Assembly (NCBI GenBank): GCA_963663895.2
Contig: CAXXRD010000002.1
Coordinates: forward strand, 544,001-608,000
Length of the DNA: 64,000 nt
Reading direction: 5' to 3'
From: Dehalococcoidia bacterium
GTDB taxonomy: Bacteria > Chloroflexota > Dehalococcoidia > Bin125
This document shows, in pieces, positions 30,132 through 39,222 of this stretch (position 1 is the stretch's first letter; the number at the start of each line of letters is the position of its first letter). The notes beneath the pieces were generated by a model. It did not search any database, was not told the origin of the DNA, and saw nothing but the letters and a program-made list of their open reading frames with translations. A program made the translations under genes and the position numbers.

Positions 30132-32237
30132 CTAGGCGCCGCGCAGGGCCCGGCGACGGTTGGCGACGAAGTCGACCAAGACGTACTCCCCCAGCTTGTC
30201 GGGGGTCGTGTAGAAGACGCGGCCCTTGTTGATCTTGGCCATGCTGTTGACGAACTCCTTGAGATGGAAGTTGCGGTCCAGCATGAAGGTGTTGATCACG
30301 ATGTCCTTCTTGGTGCAGCGCTTGACCTCCTTGAGGGTCTCGCGAATCGTGACCGGGCTGGGCGGATAGGCGAAGTAGCTGCGGCCGTGCTCCAGGTGCG
30401 CGGTCGGCTCGCCGTCGGAGATCATGATGATCTGGCGGCTGCCGACCGTGTGCTTGGCCAGCATCGTCTGGGCGATGATGAGGGCGTGGTGCATGTTGGT
30501 GCCGAGGACGGTTTCGTCCCAGCGGGTGTAGGGGAGCTGCTCCTGCTTGAGCTCGCGCGCGTAGGCGCTGAACCCGACCAGGTAGAGGTTGTCGCGGGGG
30601 TAGCGGGTGCGGATCAGGTTGTTGAGCGCCAGGGCGACCTTCTTGGCGGACTGGAAGGAGCCGCGCAGCGCCATCGACCAGGAGAGGTCGAGCATGAGTA
30701 CCGTCGCGGTCTGCGTCAGCAGCTCGGAGCGGTAGACCTCGAAGTCGTCCGGCGCCAGCTCGACGGGCAGCTTCGGCCCCTCGCGGAAGATGGAGTTCAT
30801 CACCGTGGACTCGAGGTGGATGTGGAAGGGATCGCCGAACTCGTAGCGCTTGGTGCGATCGGTGCGCTCGCCGTAGCGGCCGTGCTGGACGAGTGGGTGG
30901 TTGCCGAAGCTCTCCAGCTTGAGGTTGGCGTAGATCTCGGCCAGGGCCGCCTGGCCGATGCGGCGGGTCCCGCGCGGGGTGAGCTCCCAGTTGTTGCCGC
31001 GCTTGCGGATGTAGCCGGCGTCTTCCAGGATCGCGATTAGCGACTTGAGCTGATCGAGCTTCTCGCGGGCCTCCTCGCCCAGGATCGCCTCCAAGCGATC
31101 GGCGTCGACATCGTCGAGGTCGCCGCCGTATTGGGTGTGCTCGATCTGCCGCTCCAGCTCGTCCAAGCCCTGCATCTCGTCCATGAGCGTCATGGCGCCC
31201 TGCAGGTCCAGCTCTTCGTCGCCGCGGAAGGGATAGCGATTGCGCAGATCGCGCATGGGGTAGAGCTGCTCGAGATTGCCGGCGAGCTCGGCCAGGTCGG
31301 CTTCGAGATCGGAGCCGCCGATCATGCCGCCCATCATGCCCTGCAGCTGGTCGCGCGCCTCGCCGGGCAGCGAGTCCAAGAGGTTCTGCATCTGCGCGGC
31401 GCGCTGTTGCATGAGCTCCATCAGCTCGTCGAGGGAGCGGGGCGGGTCGTCGCCAAAGAGGTCGCCGTGCTTCTCCATGAAGGCGTCGAAGTCGGGCTCC
31501 TCGCCGACCATGCGCTGGCGCAGCATCTCGTTGAGATCGCGCACCATCTCTTCGAGGCGCAGCAGGTCGTCCGGACTCATGTCCTGCAGCTGCTGTGAGA
31601 GATTCTTGAAGAACGACTCCACCATTGCCTGCTTGAGCGAGTCGATCAGCTCCTGAAACTTGCGCCGGGCTTCGGGGTCCATGAACTCGTAGCTCTGCAG
31701 CTCGCGCATCCGCCCCGCAGCGTCCGGGGGAAGATCGTCCAGCGCCGCCTGCTTCTGCTGGACGATCTTGCGGAGCATGTCGCCGAACTCTTCGCGGGGA
31801 TCCGCGGCGGCGTCTTCATCCTGCGAACTCGCGGCGGCGGGCTCCGGTTCCGGTTCCGCCGGAGGGCTCGAAGACGCGCTCGTCTCGGATCCCTGCTCCC
31901 CGGATTCGAGACCGGCGAGGCGATCCTCAAGCGCGCCGCGCTCAAGGTCGACGATCTCGTCGATCTTGCCCTGGAGATCCTCGAACACGGACTGCAGGTT
32001 GAACTGCTCGAGCATGTCGCGGCGGTGCTGGCGAAGGCGCTGAAGGATGTCGCGGAGGCCGTCGAGGGGAGGCTGGCCGGCGGGGCGCAGGCCGCGCTGC
32101 AGCATGTTCCGCAGGGAATGCTGCAAGTCGCCGAAGCTCATGAGATCGTCGGTCAAGCCCTTGAGCAGCGCGTCGGCGTCGAGCGGGGGATCCGCCCGGC
32201 TGCCGTCCCAGCGGCTGTAGCGAACTCGCTCGGTCAT
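30132..32237 (-). CDS. VWA domain-containing protein
   Basis: RYSRWDGS N-terminus; DLSWSM MIDAS, TNMHHAL, ISDGEPTAH. Confidence 0.85.
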   Translation of the reverse strand: MTERVRYSRWDGSRADPPLDADALLKGLTDDLMSFGDLQHSLRNMLQRGLRPAGQPPLDGLRDILQRLRQHRRDMLEQFNLQSVFEDLQGKIDEIVDLERGALEDRLAGLESGEQGSETSASSSPPAEPEPEPAAASSQDEDAAADPREEFGDMLRKIVQQKQAALDDLPPDAAGRMRELQSYEFMDPEARRKFQELIDSLKQAMVESFFKNLSQQLQDMSPDDLLRLEEMVRDLNEMLRQRMVGEEPDFDAFMEKHGDLFGDDPPRSLDELMELMQQRAAQMQNLLDSLPGEARDQLQGMMGGMIGGSDLEADLAELAGNLEQLYPMRDLRNRYPFRGDEELDLQGAMTLMDEMQGLDELERQIEHTQYGGDLDDVDADRLEAILGEEAREKLDQLKSLIAILEDAGYIRKRGNNWELTPRGTRRIGQAALAEIYANLKLESFGNHPLVQHGRYGERTDRTKRYEFGDPFHIHLESTVMNSIFREGPKLPVELAPDDFEVYRSELLTQTATVLMLDLSWSMALRGSFQSAKKVALALNNLIRTRYPRDNLYLVGFSAYARELKQEQLPYTRWDETVLGTNMHHALIIAQTMLAKHTVGSRQIIMISDGEPTAHLEHGRSYFAYPPSPVTIRETLKEVKRCTKKDIVINTFMLDRNFHLKEFVNSMAKINKGRVFYTTPDKLGEYVLVDFVANRRRALRGA

Positions 32238-32255
32238 TGCTGGATACGGACCCGC

Positions 32256-33653
32256 TTAGCCGCGGTACTGCGCGTGCGCGCCCACGCGGTCGCGGCTGAG
32301 CCGCTTGTTGAGATGCAGACCCTCCAACACGAACTCGACGGCGCCCGCCCGCAGCGCCGGGGCGCTGTCCGCCGCCAGCTCCGTGACGCCGGCGGCCAGA
32401 CCGGCGATCTGGTCGATCAACTCGCGGTACGCGGCGACGGGCATATCCTCGCCCACTTCGGCGGTGAGGCCGGTCTTGAACTGCGCCACGGTCTCCTCGA
32501 GGTCCGCGACGTTGAAGCGCCGGTTGAAAACGGCGACGACGGCGTTCTGGATCAGCTTCTCGATGATCGGCTCGCTGCCGGCGTCGTCCACGGTTTCCAG
32601 CTCGACCTTGCCCATGATGGCCGGATAGATCGCCGGGAGGTCCGTCACGCGCGGCACGGCGTGATCCTCGCCCAAGTGGATGGCGCGCCGGGCGGCGTTG
32701 GCGACCAGGCTCTCGTAGGCCGTGATCGTGGCGCGCACCGAGACTCCGGAGCGCTGGTTGATGTCCGGGCTCTGGCGCGCGAGGCGGGCCACCTCGGCCA
32801 GAACCTCCTCTATGTATTCGGGCACGGTGATGCGCAGGCCGTCGAGATTGAGGGGGGCGCGCTCCTGACGGACGATCGCGACCTCCGTCTCGATCGTCTC
32901 GGGGTAGTGCGTCCGCACCTGAGCGCCGTACCGATCCTTGAGCGGCGTGATGATGCGGCCGCGGTTGGTGTAATCCTCGGGATTGGCGCTGGCGACGACG
33001 AGGACGTCGAGCGGGAGGCGGACGCGGAAGCCGCGGATCTGGATATCGCGCTCCTCCATGAGGTTGAGCAGGCCGACCTGGATGCGCTCGGCCAGATCGG
33101 GAAGCTCGTTCATGCAGAAGATGCCGCGATTCGAGCGGGGGATGAGGCCGAAATGGATGGTCATCTCGTCGGCGAGGTAGCGCCCCTCGGCGACCTTGAT
33201 CGGGTCGATCTCACCGATCAGGTCGGCGATCGAGATATCCGGGGTCGCGAGCTTCTCGCTGTAGCGATCGTCGCGGTGCAGCCAGCGGATGGGCGCCTTG
33301 TCGCCGTATTTCTCTACGAGCGCGCGGCCCTCGCGTGTGATGGGGTCGTAGGGGTTCTCCGGGATCTCGACCTCGCCGAGGATGGGGATCTCCTCGTCGA
33401 GCAGGTTGGGGAGACTGCGAATGAGCCGGCTCTTGGCCTGCCCGCGCTCGCCTAAGAAGATCACGTCCTGCCCGGCCAGGAGAGCGTTCTCCAGCGCCGG
33501 CAGCACGGTGTCGTCGTAACCGAGGATGCCGTCGACGATCGACTCGCCGGCGCGCAGCTTGGCGATCAGATTCTTGCGGAGCTCTTCACGAACGGTGAGA
33601 ACGTTGTAGCCGCTCCTGCGAAGGTCCCGGATGGTCTGCGGCCGTTCTCCCAT
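32256..33653 (-). CDS. Mg-chelatase-like AAA+ ATPase (partner of the VWA protein)
   Basis: GERGQAKSR, IDPIKVAEGR, NELPDLAERIQ, ASANPEDYTNRGRIITPLKDR. Confidence 0.88.
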   Translation of the reverse strand: MGERPQTIRDLRRSGYNVLTVREELRKNLIAKLRAGESIVDGILGYDDTVLPALENALLAGQDVIFLGERGQAKSRLIRSLPNLLDEEIPILGEVEIPENPYDPITREGRALVEKYGDKAPIRWLHRDDRYSEKLATPDISIADLIGEIDPIKVAEGRYLADEMTIHFGLIPRSNRGIFCMNELPDLAERIQVGLLNLMEERDIQIRGFRVRLPLDVLVVASANPEDYTNRGRIITPLKDRYGAQVRTHYPETIETEVAIVRQERAPLNLDGLRITVPEYIEEVLAEVARLARQSPDINQRSGVSVRATITAYESLVANAARRAIHLGEDHAVPRVTDLPAIYPAIMGKVELETVDDAGSEPIIEKLIQNAVVAVFNRRFNVADLEETVAQFKTGLTAEVGEDMPVAAYRELIDQIAGLAAGVTELAADSAPALRAGAVEFVLEGLHLNKRLSRDRVGAHAQYRG

Positions 33654-33691
33654 TGCATCCCTCCCCGTCGCGCCGATGGGGACATCGCGCC

Positions 33692-34702
33692 TCAGCGCCG
33701 ATCTGCGAGCAGGCGCGCCACTTCATCCCGATCGAATCGGGGCAATGGAGCAGTTGTGCCATCCTCTTGAACGAGTATAGCCTCTCCGTCCGGCGATCCG
33801 ATGCGGCCGATACGGCGGGCAGCCAATCCCGCGGCGCGCAGCCGGGCGAGTGCGGCCTCGGCCTGGGCGGCGTCGATGCTCGCCAGCAGGGAGCCGGAGG
33901 CGAGCAGGCCGGCCGGATCGAGGCGCAAGGCCGCGCTCACCTCCCGCGTGAGCGGGTGGACGAGCAGCGCCGCGCGCTCCACGACCACGCCGAGCCCGGC
34001 AGCGGCGGCGAGCTCCCAGGCCCCGGAGGCGAGACCGCCTTCGGTGGGATCGTGGAGCGCACGCAGGCCGGGCAGCCGCCAGAGCGCTCGGGCCATCGGC
34101 AGGACGCTGATCCCGGGGTCGAAGAGGAGCGCGGCGGCGGCCTCGATCGACGCGCGCGGGACACCGGCGGCGGCGAGACGGGGAGCGGCTTCGCGCGCGA
34201 GGAGCGCGGTGCCCTCCACGGCGATCGGGCCCACCTGTAGCAGGGCATCGCCTGCACGCGCGGCCTCGCTGGGGAACAGCCGCTCGCGCGTCGTCACACC
34301 CACCATCGCGCCAGCGACGACGATCTGCGTGACCGCCTCGCTGACCTCCGTGTGCCCGCCCACGGGCACGGCGCCGACCTCAATGCAGGCGGCGCTGATA
34401 TCCGCGACCACCTCCGCCAAGGCCGCCTCGTCCGTGTCCGGCGGAGCGATGACGGTGGCAAGGAACCACTGTGGCTCGCCCCCCAGGCAGGCGACGTCGT
34501 TGGCGCTGAGGTGCACCGCGTACCAGCCCGCGCGCGCGGCCGTGAAGGTCACCGGATCGGCGGTCAGGACGAGCACGTGATCGCCGGCGTCCACGGCGGC
34601 GGCATCGCGGCCGAGGCCGGGCCGGACGAGCAGCCGCTCGTCGCGCGGCAGGTCCCGCAGCAGCCGCATCAGCAACTCGGGAGGGAGCTTGCCCGTGCGC
34701 AC
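33692..34702 (-). CDS. AIR synthase-related (HypE/PurM-like) protein
   Basis: GKLPPE, ADPVTF, ANDVA, GGHTEV, HDPTEGG. Confidence 0.8.
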   Translation of the reverse strand: MRTGKLPPELLMRLLRDLPRDERLLVRPGLGRDAAAVDAGDHVLVLTADPVTFTAARAGWYAVHLSANDVACLGGEPQWFLATVIAPPDTDEAALAEVVADISAACIEVGAVPVGGHTEVSEAVTQIVVAGAMVGVTTRERLFPSEAARAGDALLQVGPIAVEGTALLAREAAPRLAAAGVPRASIEAAAALLFDPGISVLPMARALWRLPGLRALHDPTEGGLASGAWELAAAAGLGVVVERAALLVHPLTREVSAALRLDPAGLLASGSLLASIDAAQAEAALARLRAAGLAARRIGRIGSPDGEAILVQEDGTTAPLPRFDRDEVARLLADRR

Positions 34703-34734
34703 CGCCGGACCCCGTCTCCGAGGGGCGAGGGCAG

Positions 34735-36141
34735 CTAGTGGTTTTCCAACTCCTCGGAGTGCCGCAGGCAGGAGGGACGATGCGCGTGCGGATCCTCTTC
34801 ACGGGGACGCGAGGGCACAGGATCGAGCGCGCCGCCCGCGATCGGCGGTTCCTTCTCCAGCACGGAAGCGAGCTCCAACTGCGGCGCGCGGTGCGCCACG
34901 GTGCCGGCCTCCAGCAGGCCCCCCTTGTAGACCCGATCGAGGCGGTGATGCTGCTGCAAGATGCCGACATCGGCCAGCGGGTCGCCGTCCACGACCAGCA
35001 CATCGCCGTAGTAGCCGGGCGTGATCTGGCCGGTCACCTCGCCGAGGCCGATTGTCTTGGCGCCGATGCTGGTAGCGGACTGGATCGCTTCCATGGGCGT
35101 GAAGTCGGTGAGCCTGACCATGAGTTCAAGCTCGACGGCGATCACGTGCTGCGGATTGAAGGCGTGGCCGGAGTCGCTGCCCACGACCATCGGAATGCCC
35201 TTTTCGCGCGCCATCTTGACGCTGGCGTAGTGCAGGTCCAGGTCGCCCTTGAACTTCTGCACGACCCAATCCGGCACGCCCACCTCGGGACCCTTGTGCA
35301 CGTAGAGGTAGAGCACGGCGATGGTCGGTACCAGGACCGTGTCCATCGCGAGCATGAGGTCCGCGCCCTCCTCGTCGAGGAAGGAGCCGTGCTCGATCGT
35401 CGTCACGCCGGCCCGAACGCCGTTCTTAATGCCCTCAGTGGCCTGGGCGTGGCAGGCCACGCGCACGCCGTTGCGCTTGCTCTCGTTGACAACGGTCGCG
35501 ATCTCCTCCTCCGTCATCGTCTGCTTGGTCGACGAAGCGAAGGGACTGATGCCGGTGCCGCTCGCCTCCACCTTGATGTTCGTGACGCCGTATTTGATCT
35601 GCAGGCGCGTGGCCTTGAGGATCTCGGCCGGACCGTCGACCGTGTGGCCCAGGGCCGCTTGGTTGTCGGCCCAGTTGCCGTAGAAGTCGGCCAGCCCCCC
35701 CGTGGTGGTGAGGATGCGGGCGCCCGGCTTCATGCGTGGCCCTTTGATGACACCTTGATCGATCATGTCGCGCAGCGCCACCGCCACCAGTCCGCGCGTG
35801 CCCACGTCGCGCGCGCTGGTGAAGCCGACCTCCAGCAAGGTCTGGGCGTTGCGAGCGGCGAGGATCGTCGTGTGCTCGATGGGACGGCGCAGGTCGTAGT
35901 CCTCGAAGCAGGAGACATCGTGGTAGGCACCGTGGAAGTGGCAGTCGACCATGCCGGGCATGACGGTACGCCCCGATGCGTCGACGACCTCGCCTTCGCC
36001 CTGCGGAGGCGGCTTGACCTCGTCGACGTCGCCCACTTGGGTGATCCGCTCTCCTTCGATCAGGACGCTCGCGGCGTCCCGGGGCTCTGGGCTGACACCG
36101 TCGATCAGCCGGCAGTTTTGGAGCAGGGTGTAGCGCTGCAT
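34735..36141 (-). CDS. Metal-dependent amidohydrolase
   Basis: MPGMVDCHFH, GFTSARD, CHAQ, IEHG, GSDSG, GDPLAD. Confidence 0.88.
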   Translation of the reverse strand: MQRYTLLQNCRLIDGVSPEPRDAASVLIEGERITQVGDVDEVKPPPQGEGEVVDASGRTVMPGMVDCHFHGAYHDVSCFEDYDLRRPIEHTTILAARNAQTLLEVGFTSARDVGTRGLVAVALRDMIDQGVIKGPRMKPGARILTTTGGLADFYGNWADNQAALGHTVDGPAEILKATRLQIKYGVTNIKVEASGTGISPFASSTKQTMTEEEIATVVNESKRNGVRVACHAQATEGIKNGVRAGVTTIEHGSFLDEEGADLMLAMDTVLVPTIAVLYLYVHKGPEVGVPDWVVQKFKGDLDLHYASVKMAREKGIPMVVGSDSGHAFNPQHVIAVELELMVRLTDFTPMEAIQSATSIGAKTIGLGEVTGQITPGYYGDVLVVDGDPLADVGILQQHHRLDRVYKGGLLEAGTVAHRAPQLELASVLEKEPPIAGGALDPVPSRPREEDPHAHRPSCLRHSEELENH

Positions 36142-36292
36142 GGCGTCCTCCTCGGTGATCTCAGGTGCCGTCGGGGATCGCGCTGCCGCCAGTCTGCGAC
36201 CCGCGCCGCTCGGTGGTCAACAGCCACCGCTGATACGATGCCGCGCGGAAGCCCCGGCGCCGGGGCGGCAGACGAGACGGGAACGCGTGCGG

Positions 36293-37279
36293 ATGAAAGA
36301 TGACCCGCAGACGGACGAGCCAACGATGACGAGCGCGGGCGCGCGGCTGGCGGCGCTGGCGAGCGCCATGGTGACGCGGTGGCTGACGGAGCGCGGCCTC
36401 GCCGCGAGCGGCGGCGGCACGACGGTCGGCAGCCCGGCGCCGCTGGCGCGGCTGACCGTGGAGGGGCGGACGCTGTGCCTCGCGGTGCTGCCGCTGTTCG
36501 AGGACGCGGCAGAGGGGGAGCCGGGACGGCGGCGCGTGGACCTCGAGCACCAGCTCTCGGCGGCCGGCGCTGGGGCGGTGACGCTGTGGGTGCCGCCGGG
36601 CGCGACGATCCCGGATGAAGAGCGCGAGGCCGCCTGCGAGCGGATCACCGCCGCCGCTGCGGAGCTGGCGCCCGGCGCACGGGGCGAGGTCATGTTCCCG
36701 GTGGAATTGGAGCTGCGGAAGAATAGCGACGAAGGAAGGTACATGAGCGTGGTGGGGGGATTGTCTCCGCATTGGGCGCGCTTCACGGACCGGGTCTTCG
36801 GCTTCTACCAGCTCGACAGCAGCGCCATCCACCGGCTGCCGGAGGACGCCGACAAGGTGACGCAGCTGATCGACTTCACCGTGCTCGTCGCCAACGGGAT
36901 ACGGAAGGCGGGCCGGCGAGCGGCGGTCAAGGCGGAGAACGCCTGGACCGTGCAAAAGCTGGACGGCCTCGGGGGGCCGGTGGTCGTCGCCGCGGCGGGC
37001 GGGGGCGCGGCGGATGGGACGACCGTGCGGCGCACGCTGCGCGCCGGGCTCGCGGCGGCGCGCGCCACGATGGAGGCGCAGCCCGCCGCCGAGCGGGAGG
37101 GGCGCGCCGTGGCGTTCGTGGGGATGTACCGATCGATGGAGGAGGAGACCGCGAGCGCGGCGCTGCGAGGCGTGGACCCGGGGCTGTTCGCCGGGCTCGA
37201 CTTCGCCTGTCTGCTCGCCGACGGCCAGTTCAAGCTGCTGCTGGGGCCGAGACCGGGGTCGATCGTGGCGGAAAGGTAG
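36293..37279 (+). CDS. Hypothetical protein
   Basis: Long ORF with host-like codon pattern; no recognised motif; start uncertain. Confidence 0.6.
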   Translation: MKDDPQTDEPTMTSAGARLAALASAMVTRWLTERGLAASGGGTTVGSPAPLARLTVEGRTLCLAVLPLFEDAAEGEPGRRRVDLEHQLSAAGAGAVTLWVPPGATIPDEEREAACERITAAAAELAPGARGEVMFPVELELRKNSDEGRYMSVVGGLSPHWARFTDRVFGFYQLDSSAIHRLPEDADKVTQLIDFTVLVANGIRKAGRRAAVKAENAWTVQKLDGLGGPVVVAAAGGGAADGTTVRRTLRAGLAAARATMEAQPAAEREGRAVAFVGMYRSMEEETASAALRGVDPGLFAGLDFACLLADGQFKLLLGPRPGSIVAER

Positions 37280-37360
37280 CAAGCCGACGCCATACGCAGC
37301 CGTAAGCGCGTCCCGGACCGGAGAGGGCGCAGGCGAGAGCGGGGACGGTAAGTAAGCTGG

Positions 37361-37555
37361 CTAGCGAGAGGGCTTCGTGGTGCGGCGGCGGCGGCGGGCG
37401 GCGCGGCGCTGCGCCTGGCGCTCCTTCTCGCGATTGGAGATGAAGTGCCGCCGGCGCCGGGCTTCCTGCAGAACTCCGTCGCGCTGGACCAGCTTGTTGA
37501 AGCGCCGCACGAGTTGTTCGGAGTCCTCGCCGTCGCGCCGGGTCACTTGCAGCAC
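37361..37555 (-). CDS. rpsU: 30S ribosomal protein S21
   Basis: VLQVTRRDGEDSEQLVRRFNKLVQRDGVLQEARRRRHFISNREK; RBS GGGGAG. Confidence 0.88.
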   Translation of the reverse strand: MLQVTRRDGEDSEQLVRRFNKLVQRDGVLQEARRRRHFISNREKERQAQRRAARRRRRTTKPSR

Positions 37556-37687
37556 CTGCGTGCTCTCCCCTCGGTCGGCCGCTGGCCGACGATCCGTCCG
37601 TCTCCGCGCGAAACCAACCGCGCACAACCCTAGCACCGAGGGAGAGGGCGGAACAATTCCGGCCGACGCAGCGCGGGCGCCGGACGC

Positions 37688-37743
37688 AAAAAACGAACCG
37701 AAGGGGCCGACCCGAAGGCCGAGCGTCGCCCCACCCGGTTCGT
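37688..37743 (-). terminator. Intrinsic terminator
   Basis: ACGAACCG...CGGTTCGT stem with inner GGGGC/GCCCC helix and TTCG loop, followed by a T run on the minus strand. Confidence 0.65.
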
Positions 37744-37946
37744 CTTGCGGACTTCCGGCCGTCCCTCCACTTCGTTACGGATCGACACCCATCCGCATCG
37801 AAGCGCAGGGCCGGTTACGGCTGGGGCGCCTGATAGTGGCGCTTTGGCGGGTTCCACCCCGCCACTCAAGACTTTCAGGAGCGTCCGATATTTTCTCAGC
37901 CCTCGCGGGCTCCGGGCACCGGACCGGCCAATCTCTCCAGATCGTC
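37688..37946 (-). ncRNA. Unidentified structured RNA / leader upstream of rpsU
   Basis: Several consecutive helices ending in a terminator; no Rfam family confidently recognised by eye. Confidence 0.45.
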
Positions 37947-38319
37947 GCTTGACGCTATCCCGGCTGCAGCCGGCGCTTTCACGACTCTTCCAAGAGATCG
38001 AAGCGAGGCATGCCTTCCTCGCCCCCTGAACCGCTTGCCCTCCCGGTACTTCGTTCGGACAGGAACACTACCGCCCGCCGAAGTCACTGCAAACCGTAGC
38101 AAGCATGGGAAACGGATTTCGATGAGATATAGGGCGCACAATTGAGATAAAGCGCGCATTAAAGCGAATCTGATATTTCTACACGGACAATCGTATTTCA
38201 ATCTCTCTCATCGAGTGAGGACATGAGGGAATTTTTTCTGTCATTCCCATGACGGCGGAAAAGTGTGGATAGGCACTCCCCATCGGTAGAGAACGTGGGG
38301 AAGCATTGTGGAGACAGCG

Positions 38320-38880
38320 TCAGCGGGCGGGAATGAGCCCGAGAAAACGAAGGAACCCCGGCCGGGTGCGGCTCTTCGCGCCACGGTTCCATGTCTTGAT
38401 CTTCCCGGTGAAATCGTCGGCTTGGCGCTGATTCCAGCGTGCGACCCGGCCGATCTCCCGACGCGTGCGGTTCCCGTCCCAGTCGTGGGGACAATCGACC
38501 ACGCGGTTGATGGTCATGCGCTGCACCGCGCCGCTCTCCGAGAGGGTGACGTTGAAGGGGTGCTCGCGGCAGACAACGGGGCGATGCTCGTAGATGGTGC
38601 AGCCGTTGTCCGCCGAGAGAAAGATGCAGCGCGGCCCCCGTTGCCAGCGCAAGGCCATGACGGCCCGCTTGGCGCCCAGGCGGATCCACCAGGGGCTGGA
38701 TTTGGCGATCTCGACACGTTCTTCGTCGTAAAAGCGGACGAAGTCACGAGGGTCGCGGCCGATCCCTTGCACGATGCGGTTGACGTCGTCGTCGGTGATC
38801 AGCACCACGGTGCCGCGGCAGCAGTTGCCGCAGCCGGTGCAGCGGAACTTGAGATACTTGCGCCAGTCGAACGCGGGCAC
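38320..38880 (-). CDS. YkgJ-family CxxCxxCC Fe-S/zinc cluster protein
   Basis: FRCTGCGNCCRG, CIFL..NGCTIYEHRPVVCREHPF. Confidence 0.85.
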   Translation of the reverse strand: MPAFDWRKYLKFRCTGCGNCCRGTVVLITDDDVNRIVQGIGRDPRDFVRFYDEERVEIAKSSPWWIRLGAKRAVMALRWQRGPRCIFLSADNGCTIYEHRPVVCREHPFNVTLSESGAVQRMTINRVVDCPHDWDGNRTRREIGRVARWNQRQADDFTGKIKTWNRGAKSRTRPGFLRFLGLIPAR

Positions 38881-38943
38881 GGCGCTTCTTCTCTCGCAGG
38901 CGTTCCCACAGGCGGAGGCGCAGCCTCGGGAAGGGGGCGGGCC

Positions 38944-39020
38944 TGGCACGCCCGGAGGGATTCGAACCCCCGACCTTCAGATCCGAAGTCTGACGCTCTG
39001 ATCCACTGAGCTACGGGCGC
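38944..39020 (-). tRNA. tRNA-Arg(TCG)
   Basis: GCGCCCG acceptor, TCAGA-CTTCGGA-TCTGA anticodon arm, GTTCGAATC T-loop, encoded CCA. Confidence 0.95.
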
Positions 39021-39222
39021 TCGCAGGCAGTCTAACAGGGGCGGGCGGCGGCGCAGCTTGGTTAACGTCCGGGCAACGCGCCCCCTCTTCTGTCCTATCG
39101 TTGATTGCTCGGTCGCGGCAGCGCGGTCAATCCTCGCCAAGGGATCCCTTCCGGCGAGATGAGCCCAGGCCAGGTGCGCATCGCGGGGCCCACAGGCGGG
39201 CGGCCATGAAGGGCGGGAGCGC

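Noticed and set aside
32256-33653. True magnesium chelatase (photosynthesis)
   Set aside because: No bch/chl genes; this is the widespread AAA+ plus VWA chaperone-like pair
37860-37935. TPP riboswitch or T-box
   Set aside because: Only the GGTGCCC..GGGCTGAGA half resembles TPP and the conserved 3' half is missing; T-box elements are not correctly spaced; the downstream gene is rpsU
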